Assembly: GCF_000039765.1 (NCBI RefSeq)
Contig: NC_004459.3
Span: 300,001-332,000 of the forward strand
Direction of reading: 5' to 3'
Origin: Vibrio vulnificus CMCP6
GTDB lineage: Bacteria; Pseudomonadota; Gammaproteobacteria; Enterobacterales; Vibrionaceae
DNA: 32,000 nucleotides
Below, one piece after another: positions 24,859 through 32,000 of the stretch (position 1 is the first letter of the stretch; every line of letters begins with the position of its first letter). Under the pieces are notes generated by a model that was given only the letters and a program-made list of their open reading frames with translations, made no database searches and was not told where the DNA came from. The position numbers and the translations under genes were made by a program.

Positions 24859-27800
24859 TTAGCCTAGATTTTTGCGTGCGTTTTGGAACATACGCATCCA
24901 CGCGCCATTTTCACCCCAACCTTCTGGTGCCCATGAGTTCGCTACGGTGCGGAAGACACGCTCTGGGTGCGGCATCATGATGGTTACGCGACCATCTTTT
25001 GTCGTCAAACCGGTAATCGCATTTGGTGAACCATTCGGGTTGTTCGGGTATTGCTGTGTTGGATTTCCTAGGTTATCAACAAAGCGGACCGCAACGGTGC
25101 CCGATGCTTCAATCGCAGCGAGATGTTGAGCATCGCGTACTTCCACGCGACCTTCGCCGTGCGAAACAGCGATAGGCATACGAGAGCCAGCCATGCCATC
25201 AAAGAAGACGGAATCCGATTTCTGTACTTCGACTAGGCTAAAGCGTGCTTCAAAACGCTCTGATTCGTTGCGAACGAAACGTGGCCACAAGTCGGCACCT
25301 GGGATCAATTCTTTCAAGTTTGAAAGCATCTGACAGCCGTTACATACACCCAGTGAGAAGGTGTTTTCACGATTAAAGAAGGCTTGGAACTGCTCACGTG
25401 CTTGCGCATTAAAGAGCACAGATTTCGCCCAACCTTCACCCGCACCTAATACATCACCGTACGAGAAACCACCACAAGCCACTAGACCATGGTACTCATC
25501 CAGCACTGCTTGACCCGTCAGAATGTCACTCATGTGGATGTCAGTCGCTTCAAAGCCAGCACGGTCAAACGCTGCTGCCATTTCAACGTGAGAGTTAACC
25601 CCCTGCTCACGCAGGATCGCCATCTTAGGTTTCGCGCCTTTCGCGATATAAGGAGCTGCGATATCTTCATTCACATCAAAGCTTAGAGATACATTCAGAC
25701 CTGGGTCTGAATTGTCTTTCTTCGCTTCAAACTCTTGGTCTGCACACGCTGGGTTATCGCGCAGTGCCTGCATCTTATGCGTCGTTTCCGCCCAGATAAC
25801 ACGCAAATCTGTGCGTGAACGTTCCAGTATCACAGCATCACCAGAGCGAATCACAAAGTTGTCTGAAGCATCAATTGCACCAATTACGTGTGAACACGCT
25901 TCTAGACCATTTGCCGCCAACGTCGACAGCACGGAATCCAATTCATCGTTCTTAACTTGAACAACCGCACCGAGCTCTTCGTTAAATAACGCAGCCAGAA
26001 CATCGTCACCCAACGCAGCGATATTCGCGTTGACACCGCAGTGACCAGCAAATGCCATCTCTGCAAGCGTCACCAATAGGCCACCATCCCCTTTATCGTG
26101 GTACGCAAGCAATTTGTCTTGACGAACCAGAGCTTGCATCGCATCGAAGAAGCCTTTCAACTGTTCTGCGTTGTCGACGTCAGCCGGTTTATCACCCAAT
26201 TGCTTGTAAACCTGAGCCAGCGCCGTAGCACCTAGGCGGTTCTTACCGTTGCCAAGGTCAACAAGAACAAGTGAAGTCTCGCCTTTGTCGGTACGCAGCT
26301 GAGGAGTAATGGTTTTACGTACATCTTCAACACGAGCAAACGCGGTGATGATCAGAGACAGTGGAGAAGTCACTTCTTTCTCTTCACCGTTCTCATTCCA
26401 CTTGGTCTTCATTGACATTGAGTCTTTACCAACAGGGATAGTAAGACCTAATGCAGGGCACAGTTCTTCACCCACCGCTTTCACCGCTTCGTAAAGACCC
26501 GCGTCTTCACCTGGGTGACCTGCTGGTGACATCCAGTTTGCCGACAGCTTAATGCGCTTGATATCGCCGATGTCAGTCGCTGCGATGTTAGTGAGAGACT
26601 CACCAACGGCTAGACGAGCTGACGCGCCAAAATCAAGCAGCGCAACAGGCGTACGTTCACCCATAGACATCGCTTCACCGTGGTACGTATCGTAGCTGGC
26701 AGCTGTTACTGCACAGTTTGCAACTGGCACCTGCCACGGACCGACCATTTGGTCGCGCGCCACTAAGCCTGTGACGGTACGGTCACCAATGGTGATCAAG
26801 AAAGTTTTTTCAGCCACGGTTGGAAGACGAAGTACACGATCCACCGCTTCATTAAGTTCGATGCCATCACGCGTCATCGCTGGGCTGTCCACTTTGAGTG
26901 TGGTTGCTTCACGGTGCATCTTTGGTGGTTTGCCAAGCAGAATGTCCATTGGCATATCAATCGGTGTATTGTCGAAGTGCGCATCTTCCAGCGTTAGGTG
27001 ACGCTCTTCCGTTGCCACACCGACCACGGCGTATGGCGCACGCTCACGTTTACAGATTGCATCAAATGCCGCCATGTTTTCTGGTGCGACCGCGAGCACA
27101 TAACGCTCTTGAGATTCGTTACACCAGATTTCCAATGGGCTCATTCCCGGTTCATCGTTTGGTACATCGCGCAGCTGGAACTTACCACCACGCTCACCAT
27201 CATTGACCAATTCGGGTAACGCATTTGAAATACCACCTGCGCCAACATCGTGAATAAACGCGATTGGGTTGTTGTCGCCAAGCTGCCAACAGCGATCGAT
27301 CACTTCCTGACAACGGCGTTCCATCTCTGGGTTTTCACGCTGTACCGAAGCAAAATCCAGATCTTCGGCCGACTGACCTGATGCCATAGACGAAGCGGCA
27401 CCACCACCCAGACCAATGTTCATCGCCGGGCCACCCAGTACGATTAAGCTCGCACCGACAGGGATCTCTTTCTTCTGCACGTGTTCATCACGAATGTTAC
27501 CCATACCACCAGCAATCATGATTGGCTTGTGGTAGCCACGCACTTCTTCACCTGCGTGTGACGTCACTTTCTCTTCGTAAGTACGGAAGTAACCAAGGAG
27601 GTTTGGACGACCAAATTCATTGTTGAATGCCGCGCCACCAAGCGGGCCTTCTAGCATGATGTCAAGGGCGTTGACAATACGACCCGGCTTACCAAAATCG
27701 GTTTCCCATGGCTGTTCAAAGCCAGGAATGCGCAAGTTCGAGGTGGTAAAGCCAACCAGACCCGCTTTTGGCTTGCCGCCAATACCGGTTGCGCCTTCGT

Positions 27801-28752
27801 CACGAATTTCACCACCAGAACCGGTGGAAGCACCTGGCCATGGTGAAATTGCGGTTGGGTGGTTGTGCGTCTCTACCTTCATCAAGATGTGTGCATCTTC
27901 GTGATGGTAGTTGTATTGACGCGTTTCTGGATCGGGGAAGAAACGACCCACTTTTGAACCCGTCATTACCGCCGCGTTATCTTTGTAGGCAGACAGCACG
28001 TGATCTGGCGTTGTTTCAAAGGTATTTTTGATCATCTTAAACAGCGATTTTGGCTGTTCCACACCGTCGATCGTCCAATCGGCGTTAAAGATCTTGTGAC
28101 GACAGTGCTCAGAGTTGGCCTGAGCAAACATCATAAGTTCGATGTCATTTGGATTACGGCCAAGCTTAGTAAAGTTCTCCACCAAGTAATCAATTTCATC
28201 TTCTGCCAATGCTAGGCCAAGTGAAACGTTGGCTTCTTCAAGCGCGAGACGACCTCCAGAAAGGATATCCACCTGAGTCATTGGTGCAGGCTGCGCAACG
28301 CTGAACAATGCCGCTGCCGCTTCTAGATCACCAAATACCGCTTCCATCATACGGTCATGAATAATGCTTTTTACGATGTCGATTTGTACGCTAGAAAGCT
28401 CTGAAGACGACTCAACATAGTACGCCGTGCCGCGCTCTAAACGCTTCACTGCGTTAAGGCCACAGTTTTGTGCAATGTCTGTCGCTTTTGATGACCAAGG
28501 AGAGATGGTGCCAGGACGAGGAGTGACCAGCAATAAGAGACCTTGAGGCTCGTGCTCTTCGATAGTTGGGCCGTAAGTAAGAAGTTTCTCTAACTTTTCT
28601 AGCGCTTCTGCGTCTAACTCAGAGGTCAAATCCGCAAAGTGCATAAACTCGGCGTAAATGCCCGTTACAGGCAGATCTTGTTCACGACAAAGTTCCAGTA
28701 GTTTATTAACTCGAAACTCAGAAAGAGCTGGGGAGCCACGCAAAATTCTCAT
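24859..28752 (-). CDS. purL: Phosphoribosylformylglycinamidine synthase (large, single-chain)
   Basis: From the ATG at 28752 it reads [19 protein letters not shown]..., 1297 aa, colinear with E. coli PurL (1295 aa). It includes the C-terminal glutamine amidotransferase Cys (LGVCNGCQM). The track's 58-codon N-terminal extension was removed. Confidence 0.96.
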   Translation of the reverse strand: MRILRGSPALSEFRVNKLLELCREQDLPVTGIYAEFMHFADLTSELDAEALEKLEKLLTYGPTIEEHEPQGLLLLVTPRPGTISPWSSKATDIAQNCGLNAVKRLERGTAYYVESSSELSSVQIDIVKSIIHDRMMEAVFGDLEAAAALFSVAQPAPMTQVDILSGGRLALEEANVSLGLALAEDEIDYLVENFTKLGRNPNDIELMMFAQANSEHCRHKIFNADWTIDGVEQPKSLFKMIKNTFETTPDHVLSAYKDNAAVMTGSKVGRFFPDPETRQYNYHHEDAHILMKVETHNHPTAISPWPGASTGSGGEIRDEGATGIGGKPKAGLVGFTTSNLRIPGFEQPWETDFGKPGRIVNALDIMLEGPLGGAAFNNEFGRPNLLGYFRTYEEKVTSHAGEEVRGYHKPIMIAGGMGNIRDEHVQKKEIPVGASLIVLGGPAMNIGLGGGAASSMASGQSAEDLDFASVQRENPEMERRCQEVIDRCWQLGDNNPIAFIHDVGAGGISNALPELVNDGERGGKFQLRDVPNDEPGMSPLEIWCNESQERYVLAVAPENMAAFDAICKRERAPYAVVGVATEERHLTLEDAHFDNTPIDMPMDILLGKPPKMHREATTLKVDSPAMTRDGIELNEAVDRVLRLPTVAEKTFLITIGDRTVTGLVARDQMVGPWQVPVANCAVTAASYDTYHGEAMSMGERTPVALLDFGASARLAVGESLTNIAATDIGDIKRIKLSANWMSPAGHPGEDAGLYEAVKAVGEELCPALGLTIPVGKDSMSMKTKWNENGEEKEVTSPLSLIITAFARVEDVRKTITPQLRTDKGETSLVLVDLGNGKNRLGATALAQVYKQLGDKPADVDNAEQLKGFFDAMQALVRQDKLLAYHDKGDGGLLVTLAEMAFAGHCGVNANIAALGDDVLAALFNEELGAVVQVKNDELDSVLSTLAANGLEACSHVIGAIDASDNFVIRSGDAVILERSRTDLRVIWAETTHKMQALRDNPACADQEFEAKKDNSDPGLNVSLSFDVNEDIAAPYIAKGAKPKMAILREQGVNSHVEMAAAFDRAGFEATDIHMSDILTGQAVLDEYHGLVACGGFSYGDVLGAGEGWAKSVLFNAQAREQFQAFFNRENTFSLGVCNGCQMLSNLKELIPGADLWPRFVRNESERFEARFSLVEVQKSDSVFFDGMAGSRMPIAVSHGEGRVEVRDAQHLAAIEASGTVAVRFVDNLGNPTQQYPNNPNGSPNAITGLTTKDGRVTIMMPHPERVFRTVANSWAPEGWGENGAWMRMFQNARKNLG

Positions 28753-28860
28753 GTGCTTAGGTCTCTTATGCAATTGATTAAGGTGATATTGGAATAAATT
28801 CAGTGGGTTATACTGTTTTACTTCGAACTTATGCCGATTGCACCTCTCTGTTGCGGGCGC

Positions 28861-28890
28861 ATTATATAGCAATTGTTTTTGTGATGTAAC
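28861..28890 (-). promoter_or_regulatory. Candidate sigma70 promoter for purL
   Basis: The minus strand reads GTTACA, 18 nt spacer, TATAAT (perfect -10 at 28861-28866), about 110 nt upstream of the purL ATG and directly downstream of the PurR box. Confidence 0.45.
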
Positions 28891-28895
28891 ACCAA

Positions 28896-28911
28896 AAGCA
28901 ACCGTTTGCGT
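28896..28911. promoter_or_regulatory. PurR-box operator upstream of purL
   Basis: The minus strand reads ACGCAAACGGTTGCTT against the consensus ACGCAAACGTTTGCGT (2 mismatches). It lies 5 nt upstream of the putative -35. purL is a classical PurR-regulon member. Confidence 0.7.
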
Positions 28912-29049
28912 CACTTTTTTTGTCAAATTTGAAATACAACCAAAATGTCGTCGCTAAGAAAAGGTGTACAATTTTGCCTATCGCTTTTTCTTTGCCTACC
29001 TTGCCCGCTTTGATATAAAGAGACGAATCGATTTTTGAGAGCAGACTTG

Positions 29050-30639
29050 ATGCCAATATTTAATCTTCACCAACTACGTAACTTTCTGTTTATTATCGCG
29101 ACAACGCTGTTTTTATCAGCGTGTCAGATTGAATCAAAGCCCACTAGCGAGCTTGATCAGATCAAACAGAGAGGTGTACTCCGTGTCGGCACTCTCAATA
29201 ATCAACTCTCTTATTACATCGGTCCTGATGGCCAAACTGGTTTAGATTACGAACTCGCTCGCCAGTTTGCAGATGAACTTGGCGTCAAACTTGAAGTGAA
29301 AGTGGCTTTTCGCCAAGCCGAGTTGTTCCCCATGCTCAAACGCGGAGACATCGACCTCATCGCCACCGGTCTCAACCAGACCCCAAGAGCGATTAAACAA
29401 TTTCGCCCCGGCCCAAGTTATTATTACGTCAGTCAAGTCGTGGTGTACAAAAATGGTGCCCTACGCCCACGTAACTTAAAACAGTTAGTCGAATACCAAA
29501 ACGCCAAAACCGCCTCCGAAGATGAAGCCGAAGCGAGTAACAATGCGGCTGCCAACACTCTGCAAGTAGTGAAACAATCACAAAATGTGACGTTGTTGAA
29601 ATCGCTACAGAGCGATTACCCAGAGCTGCAATTTACCACCGTCTCTGATGCCGATAATTATGATTTGCTTCGCCGTGTCTCAACTGGGGAGCTGAGGTTT
29701 GCCATCAGCGATTCTATCGAATTATCACTGGCTCAACGTCTCTACCCCGATTTAGCCACCGCATTTGAAGTCACCGAAGATCAACCTGTTTCTTGGTTTG
29801 TTCGCCGTTCACCGGATGAATCTTTGTATGCGCTGATGATTGAGTTTTTCGGCAACATTAGCCAATCTGGCGAACTTGCACGCCTAGAAGAAAAATACAT
29901 TGGCCACATTGGCAGCTTCGATTATGTGGATACGCGCGCCTTTATCCGTGCGTTGGACAATAAATTACCCAAATGGGCTCCTTTATTTGAGCAATATTCT
30001 GCAGAATTTGACTGGCGCTTAATTGCCGCTCTGGCGTACCAAGAATCACATTGGAATCCCCTCGCGAAATCGCCGACCGGTGTGCGCGGTATGATGATGC
30101 TGACGTTGCCGACTGCGCAAAGTGTTGGGGTAAAAAACCGCTTAGACCCAGAGCAGTCTATCCGCGGTGGCGTTGAATATCTGCGTCGTATTGTCGCTCG
30201 TGTACCTGAATCGATCCCTCAACATGAGAAAATCTGGTTTGCTTTAGCATCCTACAACGTTGGCTTTGGTCATATGATGGATGCACGCCGTTTAACCAAA
30301 CGACAAGGTGGCGATCCAGATTCTTGGGGAGATGTGAAAGAGAGACTGCCGCTATTAAGACAGAAGAAGTATTTCAGCCAAACTCGCTACGGTTATGCCC
30401 GTGGAGACGAGGCGAAAAATTACGTTGAGAATATCCGCCGCTACTACCAAAGCATCATTGGTCATGTGGGACAAAACTCTCTGATTGCGAGCGATCAAGA
30501 GGGCGAAATTCAAGTGATCCCGCCACTCGAAAACAGTGAGCTAGTGGCAGCTAGCGACATTGACGCTGCAGAAAACGAAGCTCTGTCGCCAGATGTCGGT
30601 GTCAGCCAAGCGACACTCACCACAGAAGTCCAACCTTAA
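29050..30639 (+). CDS. mltF: Membrane-bound lytic murein transglycosylase F
   Basis: Has a signal/lipobox-like N-terminus (LFIIATTLFLSAC), an N-terminal periplasmic solute-binding-like domain, and a C-terminal SLT domain with the catalytic Glu in AYQESHWNP. Shows the conserved purL/mltF/tadA neighbourhood. The start is ATG 29050 (preferred) or TTG 29035. Confidence 0.9.
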   Translation: MPIFNLHQLRNFLFIIATTLFLSACQIESKPTSELDQIKQRGVLRVGTLNNQLSYYIGPDGQTGLDYELARQFADELGVKLEVKVAFRQAELFPMLKRGDIDLIATGLNQTPRAIKQFRPGPSYYYVSQVVVYKNGALRPRNLKQLVEYQNAKTASEDEAEASNNAAANTLQVVKQSQNVTLLKSLQSDYPELQFTTVSDADNYDLLRRVSTGELRFAISDSIELSLAQRLYPDLATAFEVTEDQPVSWFVRRSPDESLYALMIEFFGNISQSGELARLEEKYIGHIGSFDYVDTRAFIRALDNKLPKWAPLFEQYSAEFDWRLIAALAYQESHWNPLAKSPTGVRGMMMLTLPTAQSVGVKNRLDPEQSIRGGVEYLRRIVARVPESIPQHEKIWFALASYNVGFGHMMDARRLTKRQGGDPDSWGDVKERLPLLRQKKYFSQTRYGYARGDEAKNYVENIRRYYQSIIGHVGQNSLIASDQEGEIQVIPPLENSELVAASDIDAAENEALSPDVGVSQATLTTEVQP

Positions 30640-30650
30640 GAGCAGAAGTG

Positions 30651-30707
30651 GAGCGATTTTTGTAAAAGTCGATTGCTTTTTATCGGCAACTTTATCTAAA
30701 ATCGCTC
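30651..30707 (+). repeat. 10-bp inverted repeat just after mltF (possible long-loop terminator structure)
   Basis: GAGCGATTTT (30651-30660) and AAAATCGCTC (30698-30707) are separated by 37 nt and followed by TTCTGAATT. The function is not established. Confidence 0.3.
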
Positions 30708-30897
30708 TTCTGAATTAAGCTAAGCGGACCACTTCGGTCGTTCTAAATCTTAGCGTCACTTTCCAAGCGTCAAGCTTGTACTGAAAGAGTTCATATTTAG
30801 CCACCCCAAAGACTGCTCTTAAAGCCAAGGCTCTAAAGAATGCGGAGACGTTATCGTCGTCGTTAAGGGGATTATTTATCGTCAGTAGGAGGTCGTT

Positions 30898-31035
30898 GTG
30901 TTAAGACGTCGCGTCCAATCCAAACGCCTGAACAAAACTGTAGCGGCTAACCGACGTAAACGTAAGTTAGCGAATACAAAAAGAAAAATTAGCGCTCGCA
31001 ATCGCATTTTTGTGCACCTTGTGAACCACGCTTAA
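30898..31035 (+). CDS. Candidate 45-aa extremely basic small protein, (M)LRRRVQSKRLNKTVAANRRKRKLANTKRKISARNRIFVHLVNHA
   Basis: Below the ORF-track cutoff. GTG start with a consensus AGGAGG Shine-Dalgarno 5 nt upstream (30888-30893). About 40% Arg/Lys. TAA stop at 31033-31035, followed by a 10-bp stem-loop. No convincing promoter was found by eye. Confidence 0.45.
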   Translation: MLRRRVQSKRLNKTVAANRRKRKLANTKRKISARNRIFVHLVNHA

Positions 31036-31044
31036 TTGATGAGT

Positions 31045-31074
31045 AAACATCTGCACCATGAAACGCAGATGTTT
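31045..31074. other. 10-bp perfect stem-loop between the small basic ORF and convergent tadA
   Basis: AAACATCTGC, 10-nt loop, GCAGATGTTT. There is no U-tract on either strand, so it is not a canonical intrinsic terminator. Confidence 0.5.
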
Positions 31075-31085
31075 GCTACTACTCT

Positions 31086-31631
31086 CTACTTTTCTTCCTC
31101 GTCCACATCTTCATGATCACTTTGAGTCTGCTGCTCCTTCTTCAACGCCTTGATCTCTTTTCGACGGCGCTTAAAAAAGGCCTGTAACTGCTCACGACAT
31201 TCCAACTCTAACAATCCTTTTTCGATGGTTGCGTAGTGATATGCCGCTTGACTAGAAAACAGATCGAGTACCGTCCCTGCCGCCCCCGCTTTCAAATCAG
31301 GAGCACCAAAGACAATGCGTTTCACACGGCTATGCAGCAGTGCGCCCGCACACATTGGGCAAGGCTCTAAGGTGACGTACAACGTGGTGTCAAGCAGACG
31401 ATAGTTACCCAGACTCTGCCCAGCTTGGCGTAAGGTCTGTATTTCTGCATGGGCCGTTGCATCATGTTGACCAATCGATTGATTCCACCCTTCAGCAATC
31501 ACTTCGCCATCTTTGACCAGTACCGCGCCAACAGGCACTTCCCCTTCACTTTCAGCAATCGCGGCAAGCTCAATCGCTCTGCGCATAAAAACTTCATCTT
31601 GAAGTGAAAAGGGTTGATGTGTCTCTGCCAT
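31086..31631 (-). CDS. tadA: tRNA adenosine(34) deaminase
   Basis: 181 aa. Has the CDA zinc motif HAEIQTL...PCPMCAGAL and is colinear with E. coli TadA, with a slightly longer charged C-terminal tail. Confidence 0.93.
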   Translation of the reverse strand: MAETHQPFSLQDEVFMRRAIELAAIAESEGEVPVGAVLVKDGEVIAEGWNQSIGQHDATAHAEIQTLRQAGQSLGNYRLLDTTLYVTLEPCPMCAGALLHSRVKRIVFGAPDLKAGAAGTVLDLFSSQAAYHYATIEKGLLELECREQLQAFFKRRRKEIKALKKEQQTQSDHEDVDEEEK

Positions 31632-31667
31632 GTTTACCTCTATCGTCTGGGTTGGGGATTATAGCGG

Positions 31668-32000
31668 TTATGCGGCTGCAGATAAATGTTGTGCCAGATG
31701 ATCCACCAGCAAACGAACTTTCGGCGATAAATGTCGATTGTGTGGATACAGCGCCCAAACCCCTTCACGATCATCACGAAAATGCGCCAGTACTTCGATA
31801 AGTCGCCCTGCGTGCAAGTGCTCATCAACGTAGTAATCCGGTAACTGAACCAAACCAATCCCTTTCAGAGCGGCATCCAATAGCACAACACCACTAGAGC
31901 AACGAATACGCCCATTCACTTTAATGGAACGACCTTGATGATTCTCTTTGAAACGCCAATGATCGTGGGTACCGATCAGGCAGTTGTGTGACGACAAATC
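31668..32000 (-). CDS. LysR-family transcriptional regulator, partial (only the C-terminal effector-binding part is in the window)
   Basis: The C-terminal sequence ...SSGVVLLDAALKGIGLVQLPDYYVDEHLHAGRLIEVL...WALYPHNRHLSPKVRLLVDHL is typical of LysR substrate-binding domains. The frame is open through nt 32000. Confidence 0.8.
   Translation of the reverse strand, partial: DLSSHNCLIGTHDHWRFKENHQGRSIKVNGRIRCSSGVVLLDAALKGIGLVQLPDYYVDEHLHAGRLIEVLAHFRDDREGVWALYPHNRHLSPKVRLLVDHLAQHLSAAA

Noticed and set aside
24859-28926. Long N-terminal extensions in track ORFs: purL 1355 aa, frsA 440 aa, ribE 239 aa, ribH 173 aa, thiL 334 aa, crl 141 aa and the small charged protein 124 aa.
   Set aside because: The extensions have no homology to the respective families. 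Internal ATGs with a proper SD give N-termini and lengths matching E. coli/Vibrio orthologues, so the starts were trimmed.
31086-31170. The charged C-terminal tail of TadA (..KEIKALKKEQQTQSDHEDVDEEEK) as a possible extra domain.
   Set aside because: E. coli TadA has a similar, only slightly shorter, lysine-rich tail. It is low-complexity and not evidence for a fusion or new function.
1-32000. A search for mobile elements, CRISPR arrays, integron (VCR-type) repeats, ERIC/REP-like elements, toxin-antitoxin pairs and defence-system signatures.
   Set aside because: I saw no direct-repeat arrays, no transposase, integrase or recombinase-like ORFs, no flanking inverted or direct repeats, and no small two-gene cassettes. 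The window reads as conserved core chromosome.

Overview
This looks like a chromosomal core region of a Vibrio. Gene content, gene order and protein sequences resemble V. cholerae, but I cannot verify species or strain without a search.

Almost everything is conserved housekeeping. In order:
- thiI (partial), pomB, pomA (Na+-type polar flagellar stator)
- xseB, ispA, dxs
- pgpA, thiL, nusB, ribH, ribBA-type gene, ribE, ribD, nrdR
- proA, proB
- crl, frsA, gpt, an NCS2 purine permease, pepD
- a block of four uncharacterised genes: a DUF3332-type lipoprotein, an AstE/AspA-family zinc hydrolase, a 154-aa secreted protein and a small charged protein
- purL, mltF, tadA, and a LysR-type regulator (partial)

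I saw no rRNA, tRNA, CRISPR, transposase, integrase or phage genes. I do not see a multi-gene novel system.

The items worth a second look are mostly invisible to the 60-aa ORF track:
1. A 29-codon ORF with a C-rich 3' region and a strong terminator lies in the 1-kb permease-pepD gap, next to a near-consensus CRP site. It fits what I recall of the V. cholerae dual-function RNA VcdRP.
2. A 1-nt frameshift at a homopolymer splits proB into kinase and PUA parts.
3. The ribBA-type gene lacks the three zinc-binding Cys of GTP cyclohydrolase II, which makes it RibBX-type.
4. An unannotated 45-codon, extremely basic ORF with an AGGAGG Shine-Dalgarno lies between mltF and tadA.
5. PurR-box-like operators sit in front of purL and the purine permease.

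thiI is missing from the supplied ORF track because it runs off the window edge. Several track ORFs carry spurious N-terminal extensions, which I trimmed by homology and Shine-Dalgarno position.
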